Of a DNA stretch of 64,000 nucleotides, positions 26,777-38,721 are shown in pieces. Each line of letters starts with the position of its first letter. The first letter of the stretch is position 1. The stretch is taken from assembly GCA_964016885.1 (NCBI GenBank), contig OZ024744.1, positions 109,058,001 through 109,122,000 on the forward strand, written 5' to 3'. Under the pieces are notes generated by a model. It did no database searches. It was not told the origin of the DNA and worked only from the letters and a program-made list of their open reading frames with translations. Origin of the DNA: Eledone cirrhosa (taxonomy: Eukaryota). A program made the translations under genes and the position numbers.

Positions 26777-26963
26777 GGCGGTGGATTGGCAGTATCAGTA
26801 GAGGGTCAGACACCATGCTTTCCAGCATAGTTATGTCCCTTTACGATCTGAGTTCAAATCCCGCCGAGGTTGACTTTGCCTTTCATCCTTACGGGGTCGA
26901 TAAAATAAAGTACCAGTAATACACTGGGTAATTGCTGGCCTTGTGCCTAAAGTAGAAACAATT
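26777..26963 (+). mobile_element. SINE family 1
   Basis: Full consensus match. Confidence 0.9.
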
Positions 26964-26979
26964 ATTTATATGTACATAA

Positions 26980-27215
26980 AGTCTGGGAGGGTTCTGTAGA
27001 AACAGTAGACGGCTTCTGTTACCTAGGTGACCAAATTAGCAGCAGAGGTGGGTGTTCTAAAAGTACAGTAACCAGAGTAAGAACGGGATGGAAGAAATTC
27101 AGGGAGCTACTACCACTGCTAGCTGCAAAAAGCTTTTCCCTCAAAATGAAAAGCAGACTGTATTATGCGTTCATACGAACAGCAATGCTGCATGGTAGTG
27201 AAACCTGGGCGTTAT
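26980..27215 (+). pseudogene. RTE-like LINE fragment
   Basis: VETVDGFCYLGDQISS...RVRTGWKKFRELLP...MLHGSETWA. Confidence 0.8.
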
Positions 27216-27534
27216 GTGTATATCGTTTAATGTCCATCTTCCACGCTAGCATGTGTATTCTCTACTTCGGTACTGAGCACTCTTTCCTCATGTTTGTAAA
27301 CCCCAATTGTATGGATGTATAAGCTCTGCCACTCAAATATATTTTGACGAAAGTCAAACAAGTTTTCCCTTTTTCCAGTATTTTACACTCAAAATATGCT
27401 CTTCACTCCACTCTAGTCAATATTTAAATGTATTTTTCTCTGGTTTTGTTGAAAGACACCTATAAATTTTCCTGTCCATTATCTCTTTTGTTATCATCTC
27501 GTATGTATCTTACCAACAGAGTGGTTGATGAGTG

Positions 27535-28020
27535 ACTGCAGTATGGCTGACCAGCTAAGGAGTTTGCTTCACAATCATTATGTCTCAGATACTGCAGTAT
27601 GGCTGACCAGCTAAGGAGTTTGCTTCACAATCATTATGTCCCAGATACTGCAGTATGGCTGACCAGCTAAGGAGTTTGCTTCACAATCATTATGTCCCAG
27701 ATACTGCAGTATGGCTGAACGGCTAAGGAATTTGTTTCACAATCATTATGTCCCAGATACTGCAGTATGGCTGACTGACTAAGGAGTTTGCTTCACAATC
27801 ATTATGTCCCAGATACTGCAGTATGGCTGACCGACTAAGGAGTTTGCTTCACAATCATTATGTCCCAGATACTGCAGTATGGCTGACTGACTAAGGAGTT
27901 TGCTTCACAATCATTATGTCCCAGATACTGCAGTATGGCTGAACGGCTAAGGAGTTTGTTTCACAATCATTATGTCCCAGATACTGCAGTATGGCTGAAC
28001 GGCTAAGGAGTTTGTCCCAG
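27535..28020 (+). repeat. 56-bp minisatellite (about 8.5 copies) derived from a SINE tRNA-like head
   Basis: Unit actgcagtatggctgaccagctaaggagtttgcttcacaatcattatgtcccagat; decayed SINE body follows to about 28110. Confidence 0.9.
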
Positions 28021-28301
28021 ATTCGGGCACGTTCGATGTCTGTCTTTCACTATAACCTCCTCAGATTGACCTTGTCTGTGAAATTGGGTGGAATGAACAT
28101 TTGGAAGCCTGTTGGATGGACAGTACCTGTAATTCAATAGTCCAGCTGTAACACCCACTGTATCATGCTAAGACACACGTGTCAGTGGGATACTCAGCCA
28201 TTTACATATTAATTTCATGGCCAGGTTTTATCTTTTTGAAACTGCAAGAGCACTCATCATCAAAACTAATGGTAGTTAACTCTAAAGAAAATGAGTTCAA
28301 T

Positions 28302-28862
28302 CTAGATAATATCTACTGTTCCACTCCACTCCAGATATCTACTGCTCCCTCCACTCCAGATTATTTACTGCTCCCTCCACTCCACTCCAGATATCTACTG
28401 CTCCCTCCACTCCACTCCAGATTATCTACTGCTCCCTCCACTTCACTCCATATATCTACTGCTCCCACCACTCCAGATATCTACTGCTCCCTCCACTCCA
28501 TATATCTACTGCTCCCACCACTCTAGATATCTACTGCTCCCTCCACTCCACTCCAGATTATCTACTGCTCCCTCCACTCCACTCCAGATATCTACTGATC
28601 CCACCACTCCAGATATCTACTGCTCTCTCCACTCCAGATATCTACTGCTCCTACCACTCTAGATATCTACTGCTCCCTCCACTCCAGATTATCTACTGCT
28701 CCCTCCACTCCACTCCAGATTATCTACTGCTCCCTCCACTCCACTCCAGATATCTACTGCTCCCTCCACTCCACTCCATATATCTACTCGCCCACCACTC
28801 TAGATATCTACTGCTCACTCCACTCCAGATATCTACTGCTCCCCCCCCCCCCCCACACTCCA
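28302..28862. repeat. 25-32-bp variable minisatellite (ccactccagatatctactgctccct)
   Basis: Direct reading. Confidence 0.95.
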
Positions 28863-29148
28863 ATAAGCAAGTCATGTCAGTACATTTTACCAGTTTGAAG
28901 TAAACGAAGTAAAATTGAACGTGATTTCTGTGTTGCTTCATAGTTGAGCAGTTGTTCCATATAATAAATGCACTCAGCTGTGAATATAATTGCTTTAACA
29001 ACAGATAACCTATTCACACTGCTTAGAATAACCTATTCACACTGCTTAGAATAACCTAACACCTATTATAACATCTATTATAGTAAAAATGGACATAATA
29101 TTAGCATATATATAAACACACAATATATGAATATATGTTTATATATAT

Positions 29149-29338
29149 AGTAATAATAATAATTTTGAAGACTAAAATCCAAAGAGGGCTCGAGAAGGAT
29201 AAATATATATCAATTATATAAGAACCGTAGAGCAAATATTTATTAAAATTGAGATTGACTTTGTTAGTTTCAGAAGATCCCGTTAAGGGTGAAAGCAGCG
29301 ATTCTTTGCTTAAACTTTAATCTGTTATTTTAATAAAT

Positions 29339-29342
<4 letters not shown>
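29149..29342 (+). mobile_element. Penelope-like pLTR fragment, family C, in (TA)n
   Basis: Head nearly identical to 25259; CAGAAGA-UCCCG-UUAA-GGGU-GAAA core variant near 29271. Confidence 0.65.
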
Positions 29343-29370
<28 letters not shown>

Positions 29371-29373
<3 letters not shown>

Positions 29374-29642
29374 GAAGTTGTATTTAATTTGTTGGAATTC
29401 CGACAAACATAAATGTGTATAACTGATTTAGAGCACTCAACAAATTACTGGAGTAAATATTCCATGATATTAAATAAATGGAAACTATATTTATAAAACC
29501 ATATTTATTTTATTATATATATTTCAAGGGCAACCAACCCAACCTTGGTGCGCTTGCATCAGATAAAATACAAATTTTGTTTTATAAATAAAGACGTACC
29601 CATGAAAAATCATACCTTATCGGTTGGAAATTCACTGGATAG
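29371..29642 (-). mobile_element. Penelope-like pLTR fragment, family B, with a hammerhead variant at 29506-29570 (-)
   Basis: - strand UAUUUUAU-CUGAUGC (A9 mutated)-stem II-GAAA-UAUAUA-UA-AUAAAAUA; (TA)n flanks. Confidence 0.7.
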
Positions 29643-30195
29643 TATATATATATATATATATTTATATATGTGTGTGTGTGTATTTATATGTGTGTGTGTG
29701 TGAGTTTTGTGTCAAGGAAAAATTACACTCTCTGTGAAGTACAGAGCCAAAATATATTAATTTCTCAGTGCAGTTGCTAGCTACCTATGGTTTCAAAGCC
29801 TACTCTAGCAAGTGGAAGGAAGGTAATAGTAATGTCACAATAAATTTGGTGTTTTGTCAATACACCTATGTTATATGTCTCCATCTCCTCTTCCTTACTG
29901 TCAAAGATGCCAAGAAGGATTTTTTTAATTTGTTACCTGCAGCAGGTTCTCTCAGCTTCCATTTCTTCCTTTTCCAGACTGGCTTTTTTTTGTCTCTTGG
30001 TCAACATAGCCCTTAATCTAAGGTTACTAACAACTCATTTATATTGGGAGGTACATTCCTCCACAAGGAAGGTCTTGGAATTCAACCATTTGTCTGTCCC
30101 ATTTCCTGGTGAGGCTGAAGTCTATCTGGCTTGTATGCCCCACTGATTTGTAGGTAATCAGGTGGCTGGCTGGTTTCTTGAAGTTTGTGTTACAG

Positions 30196-30229
<34 letters not shown>

Positions 30230-30357
30230 AAAGTTTTATTTAAGATTGTTGGGTTACAACGAGTAAATATTTTATAACTGATATAAAAGCACTCAACAGT
30301 TTCTGGAGTAGGTTTACGATATTAAACAAATGGAAACTATATTTATAAAACCATATT

Positions 30358-30423
30358 TATTTCGTTATATATATTTCTGGGATACCATATTAAAAATATG
30401 GTATGCCTTCCTCAGACAAAATA
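30358..30423 (-). ncRNA. Minimal hammerhead motif (inverted arm)
   Basis: Reverse complement of 30565-30630. Confidence 0.75.
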
Positions 30424-30564
30424 CAATACATAAGCTGTTTTATAAACAATTTTTGATATACCTTATAAATAATGCAACTTCCATTTAAAAAGTTGCATTT
30501 TAAATGGAAGTTGCATTATTTATAAGGTATGTCAAAAATTATTTATAAAACAGCTTATGTATTG

Positions 30565-30630
30565 TATTTTGTCTGAGGAAGGCATACCATATTTTTAATA
30601 TGGTATCCCAGAAATATATATAACGAAATA
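30565..30630 (+). ncRNA. Minimal type I hammerhead ribozyme motif
   Basis: UAUUUUGU-CUGAGGA(30573)-stem II AUACCAUAUU/AAUAUGGUAU-GAAA(30611)-UAUAUA-UA-ACGAAAUA. Confidence 0.8.
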
Positions 30631-31024
30631 AATATGGTTTTATAAATATAGTTTCCATTTGTTTAATATCATATATATACATATATATATAGAACTAAAT
30701 TTGTTTTCGCTCTTAATGTGGTGGATACCTAAGTGTATTCGTGAGTGAATAACAATAATATCACCAGTACACACTGTAAAGTGGTCATGTAGGAGACATG
30801 GTAATAATATTACCAGTCCACACTGTAAAGTGGTCATGTAGGAGACACGACAAAAAGCACTCAGTACACACTGTAAAATGGTTGGTGTTAGGAACTGCTG
30901 AGAATACATAATATTCTCAAATATATACACATCAGCTGATTGGCCTCATTTGCATACCAAGGGATTTTATGGACGGTTTTGCCGAACATTAAAGAACAAA
31001 ATTTATTTTAGCCCTTAATGGTAA

Positions 31025-31250
31025 TCATCATCATCATCATCATCGTTTAATGTCTATCTTCCACGCTAGCATGGATTAGACGAATTTATCTCATTTGAGG
31101 CAAGTTGGGACAGGTGGCCATGTCTTGCTCATACAGGAGTGATTCTGACTTGGTTTCTACAGCTGGATGCCCTTCCTAACACCAACCTCATTTACAGTGT
31201 GTACTGAGTGCTTTTTGTGTGTCTCCTACATGACCACTTTACAGTATGGA
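31025..31250 (-). mobile_element. SINE/RTE-tail fragment with (CAT)n
   Basis: Reverse complement of the shared tail ...ggaagggcatccagctgtagaaacc...gatgatg. Confidence 0.7.
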
Positions 31251-31553
31251 ACAAGACACTCCAAAACAATAAACAATTGTCAATTGTTGATTGTTTTCTC
31301 TCAGCTACCGCTGGAACAAAAAGATGATGTTGTCATCTACCATGTGATAATTTATGAGGCTGTTTGCTTGTAAAAAAACAAATATCAATAATATTATGAT
31401 ATTATTATTATAATATTATTATTGTTATTCCCTCATGAATATATATATATATGTGTAAATGAAGTAATTTCGTCGGAAAAGTCCAGGAAAAAGGAGCGCT
31501 CTATGTAGGTAACAGAGCTTAATAGTTATGTAATAAACAACATAAGGCAATTA

Positions 31554-31612
31554 TTCCATTTACCAGTGGTTTCTTAAAGGCAAAAAATTTTGCTTTCAAT
31601 CATCAGAATGAA
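31554..31612 (-). ncRNA. Hammerhead motif (inverted arm)
   Basis: Reverse complement of 31642-31701. Confidence 0.8.
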
Positions 31613-31641
31613 AAAATCCTGATCTCTCCTGACCAGGATTT

Positions 31642-31701
31642 TTTCATTCTGATGATTGAAAGCAAAAGTTTTTGCTTTTAAGAAACCACTGGTAAATGGA
31701 A
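31642..31701 (+). ncRNA. Type I hammerhead ribozyme motif with a canonical GUA site
   Basis: Stem I UUCAUU/AAUGGA; CUGAUGA 31649-31655; stem II UUGAAAGCAA/UUGCUUUUAA; GAAA 31682-31685; stem III ACCA-C-UGGU; predicted cut after A31694. Confidence 0.88.
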
Positions 31702-32039
31702 TAATTGCCTTATGTTGTTTATTACATAACTATATATATATATATATATATATAAATGATGACTGAAAGTAGATCAAGTACATAAATTAAAATAAATGTA
31801 TGTATATCATACCCTGAACTTAAAACTAAGCCTCTAGCAGTTCTGTATAATTATGCCTTTATAGGCTGGCAACCTAATAGCATCTATTTAAAAAGTGCAG
31901 TTTTTGTAACAAAGAGTATAATCATTGCCAAAACTTCAAAATCACTACCACTTTTTTCTATTGAAAATAATAGTGTTTGTGTAATTGTCATCATTTTACA
32001 TCCGTTTTTCTTTACTTGCGCAGCCTTTTTCCACTCATA

Positions 32040-32410
32040 GCGTTCCTTTGTCATCTTCTCTATATCAGTGATATAAGTTCAATTCTAAATATCTCTTCCC
32101 AAGTCTTTCTTAGACTTCTTCTGCAGCTCCCTTCCACTGGCATCTCCTGGTAATTTACCCCCAACAACCATCATCAACACATATCGTACCAGCCCATACA
32201 AGCTAAGCCTGCAAACTACATCTGATTCCCCTTATATCCAGTTTTTCTCTCTGCCCAGGTCTTCCTCTACTGCAGCTTCCTTCCACTGACACCTGGCACT
32301 TCACCCAATAACCATCATCCATACACATCACATGTCCATACCAACTCAACCTTCTCTCTTTTACACTACATCTGATTCCTCTTATACCCAGTTTTTCTCT
32401 CAGTTCATCC
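32040..32410 (-). pseudogene. Two overlapping decayed RTE-like 3' fragments
   Basis: Similar to the 3' part of 12090-13195 (agaaaaactgggtataag, gaagctgcagtagaggaagacc). Confidence 0.65.
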
Positions 32411-32586
32411 TACTAAAAATACTTTCATAACAAAGCTTTCTTTGTTCTTCAATTTGAATTCTTCAACCCAAACTATATCTTTATCACTACTCCCTACTCA
32501 CTTTCCTTTCTTAAGTCACTCTATTAATTTTTTCACCTTTTTTAAATCTTTTAAAGACTGTACCACCCTAGAATGTACTAGCTTAA

Positions 32587-33064
32587 CTCTTGACGTCCTG
32601 TACCACATGAAACCACGTTAGCTAAATATTCTTGGAAAGTACAAAACAACACTATGATTACATTACATTAAATATTAAAGTCTTTACTGTAATACTGGAA
32701 ATTTTTGCAACAATCTGTCTACTAGTAAAGATACTATAGATATTTGAATTAACAAACCACATGAAACTATATTAGCAAGACATTCTTGAAACATACAAAA
32801 CAACACTATGATTGAATCACATTAACTCTTAATATTCTCTACCACATGAAACCACATTAACAAGACATTCTTGAAAGATACAAAACAAACACTATGACTT
32901 TGTCACATTTTCATTACAATCTGTCCTTTATATTATATAAACATTTCAAATGTTTATATTATATAAACATTTCATTACAATCTGTCCTTTATATTATATA
33001 AACATTTGAATTAACAAACCAAATTTTAAATATTTTCAGCTAAATCATTACAAGACATTAAGAG
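32587..33064. mobile_element. TTAA-flanked MITE containing diverged 139-bp monomers
   Basis: TTAA|ctctt...aagag|TTAA; reverse-orientation relative of 59385-61269. Confidence 0.75.
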
Positions 33065-33467
33065 TTAAATGTGTAGGGTTACATATTAACCTCCCTTCAT
33101 ACATTCAACCTTCTCCAGGAGAAACCCAGGAAGCATTGAATACAGTCTTTTGCTCTTTGGATTTAACTGTTTTCATACCAACCCACCCAAAACTTTCTCT
33201 GGTTCTATGAAACAAAACTTCCTATTGTAAAAGGTTACTATTTAAATTAAAATCTTCCAACATCTTATGATGTAAAAACATTTTGCTTAGTTATATTACA
33301 AATGTTATCTTAATAAATTAATAATTTTAGTAAATCTTTCCAAATTTTCCAAAATATTAATAGTAATTCAAATGCAGTGTATATAATTAGAAATACAGTA
33401 ACAAAAGGATTAGCAAACAGAAATAATGGCCTCATATTTAGAGGCACAAGGCTGGCAGCGTTTTCGG

Positions 33468-33582
33468 GGGTGGGAGTCAATTATATTGACTCTTCGGAGG
33501 TGGGAGTCAATTATATTGACCCTTCGGAGGTGGGAGTCAATTATATTGACCCTTCGGAGGTGGGAGTCAATTATATTGACCC
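33468..33582. repeat. 30-bp tandem repeat, about 4 copies, inside a decayed SINE
   Basis: Unit ggtgggagtcaattatattgacccttcgga. Confidence 0.9.
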
Positions 33583-34467
33583 TAGATTTATACTTTATTT
33601 TAACAACCTTGGAAGAATGAGAAGCAAAGTTACCCCAGCGAGATTTGAACTCAGAATGTGAAAATTTAAAGTAAATGCCACAAAGTATTTTGTCTATCAG
33701 TCTTTCGATGCTGCTAATCCAGTGCTCTAACAAATAGAAATAATAGATAGATATTACAGCTGATAACTGTATTTAAATGGAAAAGTTTAAAAAGCTTGGC
33801 CAAGCTGCTATTTTACTGTAAGGTATAAACTGACTTTTGTAATGACCAGGAAATGAGCCAGGATTTACAGTATAACCAGATGATATTTACTGGAGATTAA
33901 AACAAAACCAAAATCAGTGGCCCAGGTGTTAATAAGACTTGAATGAACAAATATCTGAAGTTGAAAATATGAAAGGAGAAATAGAAGGGTGGGGCAGAAG
34001 TTTGAATGAAATAATTGAATGAGAGTTTACATGTGAATCAAAAGGAAATGAAAGAAAGTAAACATTATTTTTCACAGCTTTCCCCCACTCCTAGCAATGT
34101 TTTTTTTTTTTATAAAACAAAAACAAAAAATGAAATAAATAAATGAACTGGAATAAAACTGAATGAAGCAAAATCTGGTTTGTTTGGAGTCAAAGTATAG
34201 TTACAATGAGTCTCAATAAACTGAAATAATGTTTTTATTGTTGTTGTTTATTTTGTATTTTTTTCAGTTTTGATCCTGGGGGGTAAGAGCAGAGCCTGTA
34301 ACCATTTTAGTTCTTGAGAGAAGGACAGAGCCCTTGACCATTTTCAAGGCCTCCAGGAGAGAGAGAAAGGCATCCTCAAGTTGGTGACCTGGTTTCAATA
34401 TTTACAACAGTTTTATGAATGAAAGCCAATTGTTGTATTGATATAAACATTTGTGTAAAACTGGTTT

Positions 34468-34663
34468 GAATTGGCAGTATCGGTAGAGGCTCGGATGCCA
34501 TGCTTTTCAGCAAAGAGTTACGTCCCTTTATGATCTGAGTTCAAACAAATCCCGCCGAGGTTAACTTTGCCTTTCATCCATATGGTGGGGGTCGATAAAA
34601 TTAAGTACCAGTAATGTACTGAGTAATTGCTGGGTAATTTGTGCCAAAAAAGTAGAAACAATT
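34468..34663 (+). mobile_element. SINE family 1
   Basis: Consensus match with small indels. Confidence 0.85.
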
Positions 34664-35150
34664 AATTTATTACAGAACCCTTGTACACTGAATCCACAAA
34701 ATCTACACATATGTTATAGACATTCCTCTCTACAAAATCCATTACCAAAAAAGTAGGATTGGTTCTATTGTAACTTGGAAGAGTCACACCTTGGAGAAAT
34801 TTGGTAGAGTGGAAGAACAGATTCTCTCATGCTGACCACAGCTGACCTTTTCTGGTGTTCACATATTTTCCAGAATTGAAGAACCAAGGTAGTTAAAATG
34901 AGAGGAAGGAGGAGACAGCTTGTCTGTGCATCTGTGTGCTGGAGAGTGTTAGTGAATGAATTCATGCCAATTAACTGATTATATACATTCATTCTGTGAA
35001 ATATATCTTAACAGAGAAACAGCAACAACACCAACAATAACACCACCGTCAACAACAACAACAACACCACAACACCACAACACTAACAACAGCACCTACA
35101 AACACCAACAATAACAACACCACAATACTAACAACAATACCAACAACAAT

Positions 35151-35476
35151 GGAGGCACATGGCTTAGTGGTTAGAGCATTGGCTTTGCAATTGAAAGGTT
35201 GTGAGTTCAATTCTCAGACCGGGCGATGTGTTGTTTCCTTGAGCAAGACACTATATTTCACTTTATTTCACTTTATTTTTACTCAGCTGTAGACTGGGGT
35301 CCATATCATTCCACTGCAAAGTGGTCGTGGAGGTGCCACGTCAAAAAGCACCCAGCACTCACTGTAAATGAGGTTGGTGTTAGGAAGGGCATCCAGCTGT
35401 AGAAATCAAGCCAGAATCAGTTCCCGTCCCACCCTTGCAAGCAGGGAAAAGCAGACGTAAAAAATGAAAAAATGAA
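35151..35476 (+). mobile_element. SINE family 2
   Basis: Match to 53234-53581. Confidence 0.9.
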
Positions 35477-36353
35477 ATACCAACACCATCGCCACCATCA
35501 ATACTAAGAACAACAACTCTGAGCAGACCTCTGTCACCAAGAAAGCAACGACTTCATTGTCAGTTTTCTCTCTCTTTAACTCTTAACTATTGATGGAGTG
35601 ATGGGTACACTGTCCTGACATATGGTGCGTCTTGGACACTTCACAGCTCACGTCTCAACACATCCAATTCCTTCCAACAAACAAGAGAAAAAGAGGGTGA
35701 AAAATCAAACCTAGTAGTGGATTGGTGTTTTTTTTTTATTATATAAACCTCGACTGGATGAAAGGCAAAGTTGACCTCAACAAGATTTGAACTCAGAGAC
35801 CAGAAAATTGGAATAAATGTTACAAACCATTCTATCTGATATTCTGATAACTCTGATAATTTGCTGGCTTTGACAGTGTTTTACCTGTTGTTGCTGTTGC
35901 TGCTGATGTTGTTGTTGTTGTTGTTGCTGTTGCTGTTGCAGCTGGTGGTGGTGGTGGTGGTGGAGGTGGTGGTGGTGGTGGTGGTGGTGGTAATGATGTC
36001 ATCGGCATTAGCTGATTATTGTTATTCTTTTTATTTTTTCTCTATCATGAAATAATTTTTACCATCCCCTATACTTAAATTTGTCTTTGTTTCACAACAC
36101 TGCAAAAGTCCTGCAGAGATAGACATATTCATTTCATTTTGAATATTTTTATTCATTTCATTTTGAATGTTTTTACCATTTTTTCCATAAGTGATTTAAT
36201 CCCACTATAATTCCATGTCATTTTTTTTTAGAAATTCCTGAATATTTACAGAGAAGCTTTAGAAAAATTGTCATTTACACACAAATGGTTTATCTATTTT
36301 CATCATCCTGTCCATGTTACATACACAGTATAGGTGTCCATGTTTCGCTCAGA

Positions 36354-36442
<89 letters not shown>

Positions 36443-36765
36443 GGTGTCTTTGAGTCAGAGAGAAAGAGAGAGAGTTTGTGTGTTTGTGAGGGAGAATACG
36501 CGTCCATGTTTAGCTCAGATTCTGTGTGTGTGTGGAGGGGGGGGGGGTGTCTTTGAGTCAGAGAGAAAGAGAGAGTTTGTGAGGTAGATGAAGAAGAAAT
36601 GATGAAAGATAGAAGGGAAAAGTGAGAAAGAGAAAGCAGTCATTCATGTACTGAAAAACAGCAGAATCTATTATGAAAATAGGTATAAATCTCTGGAGTC
36701 CTGGTTGTTATTGTTGTTGATTTTGTTGTTTGTGGAGTGTTGGATGTGCCAATGAATGCATATAC

Positions 36766-36798
<33 letters not shown>

Positions 36799-36799
<1 letters not shown>

Positions 36800-37770
36800 C
36801 ATCATCATCATCATCATTTTTACATCCACTTTTCCATGCTTGCATGGGTTGGACAGGTCCTTCTTAGTACAGCATCTCTCCACTTGTCGCATTCCTTTGT
36901 CATCTCGCATTTCTTTGTCATCTCCTCCTCTGCCAGTCTTAGTGATTTGAGGTCAGCTCTCACAACCTCTGCCTATTTCTTGGTCTTCCTTTACTGCAGC
37001 TTCCTTTCACTGGGATTTCTTGGCACTTCATCACCCATCAGTGATTGTCCATGCATATCACATGTTCATACCAGCGCAGTCTTCCCTCCAGCTCAGATTC
37101 CTCTTAACCCCAGCTTCTGTCTCAGCTTGTCCAAGCTCGGCTGCTCTGTCTTTCTCTCACATTTACATTGCACATCCAATGAAACATGGTTGTTTCATTT
37201 CTCTTCTGTCTACGCATGTCCTCTGCAGTCACAGCCACTGTTTCACCACTTTGCAGCACTCACATGTGTCATACAGTCTTCCTTTTTTATATGTAGAGAG
37301 AAACCGTTTGTTGTCAACAATGAGAGTAGTTCTTTAAACTTCTCCCATCCTCTCCTTATTCTAGCTATTATACTCTCAGAGCACCCTCCTTCACTACTAA
37401 TTAAGTCACCTAGATACCAGAAGCTATCTATGAGGTCAGCTCTCACATCTATGGATCCTTCCTGTGACTGAAAAAGGTTTATATCATTAGCAGTGTTCCT
37501 CTCGATTACTCATGTGTATCTTCTACCTACAAAGCTCTCCCTTCCTTTTAGTCTACTCGTTATCCCACTACATCTTTTGTGTACCCAAGAATTACATTGT
37601 GTACATTGTATGGAGTTTATGTCTACTCCTTTTCTACATATTGAGCATGGCCATTTCCCTGAGGGAATCAGGGTCCTGTTTTCTCTCCTAATTACTATCA
37701 CTTTAGTTTTAGCGAAGTTTACTCTCAGACCTTTTGATTCCAAATTCAGTTTCCATAATTGAATTTATTT
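36799..37770 (-). pseudogene. RTE-like LINE 3' kilobase with (GAT)n tail
   Basis: GLRVNFAKTKV...GKWPCSICRKGV...CTQCNSWVHKRCSG, FWYLGD, ARIRRGWEKFKEL; 3' end gcaagcatggaaaagtggatgtaaaaatgatg. Confidence 0.88.
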
Positions 37771-37816
37771 TCTAGCTCTTATTTTTTTAAATTTCAGCTA
37801 TAAGAATCAACACACC

Positions 37817-37866
<50 letters not shown>

Positions 37867-38451
37867 ATTGTTTCTATGTGTGTGTATGTGGATGTATGTG
37901 CATTTGTATACATTTTATGTTTGCATGTGTTTACATATGAAGTGTAATTCTGATCTTGTCTTCCTTTGTGAGATACATGTGTGTAAATGTGTGTGTTAAG
38001 ACATATGCATTTAAAGATCTGTGAATTCAAATATATACATATAAGTCTAGGAAGTACATCTAGCCATAGAAAACCTGGCAAACAAAGGTTTGGGAGGATC
38101 CTTCAGCTGTGTGAAAGACATAGCAACCTTCTTAGTGCTGGTGCCATGATAAAATGCACTTTGTCTCCCACTCTCTAGACTAAAGACTATGGTTACTACG
38201 ACAACTGTTACATGGCAAAAAGCGCCCAGCCCACACGGTGGTCGTGTTGGTGACACAACAAAAAAAATAGCACCCAGCCACACTCTAAATGAGGTTGGTG
38301 TTAGGAAGGACATCCAGCTGTAGAAACCAAGCCAAAATCAGTTCTCTATGTGCAAGACATGGTCAACTGACCTAGCATTGCCCACAACAGGACAACTCGT
38401 CTAACCCATGGTAGCATGGAAAATTGATGTAAAACAATGATGATGATGATG

Positions 38452-38483
<32 letters not shown>

Positions 38484-38534
38484 ATATATATGTGTTGAAT
38501 TCAATTAGTAACTTCGCCATATTATTTGACGACA

Positions 38535-38721
38535 GAGGTGGATTGGCAGTATCGGTAGGGGGTCGGACGCCATGCTTTCCAGCATAGTTACGTCCCTTTA
38601 CGATCTGAGTTCAAATCCCGCCGAGGTTGACTTTGCCTTTCATCCTTACGGGGTCGATAAAATAAAGTACCAGTAATGTACTGGGTAATTGCTGGCCTTG
38701 TGCCAAAAAGTAGAAACAATT
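38535..38721 (+). mobile_element. SINE family 1 with TSD
   Basis: TSD ATTATTTGACGACAGA. Confidence 0.9.

Larger units (their letters stand above)
30227..30671 (+). mobile_element. Penelope-like fold-back element, family B, in (TA)n
   Basis: Tail 30227-30317; arms about 30318-30490 and 30497-30670 are near-perfect inverted repeats. Confidence 0.8.
31452..31733 (+). mobile_element. Penelope-like fold-back element, family D, in (TA)n
   Basis: Tail 31452-31521; arms about 31522-31621 and 31634-31733. Confidence 0.8.

Noticed and set aside
27535-28020. CRISPR-like appearance of regular repeats (also 3729, 40118, 59431)
   Set aside because: Units are contiguous with no unique spacers, there are no cas genes, and the context is eukaryotic
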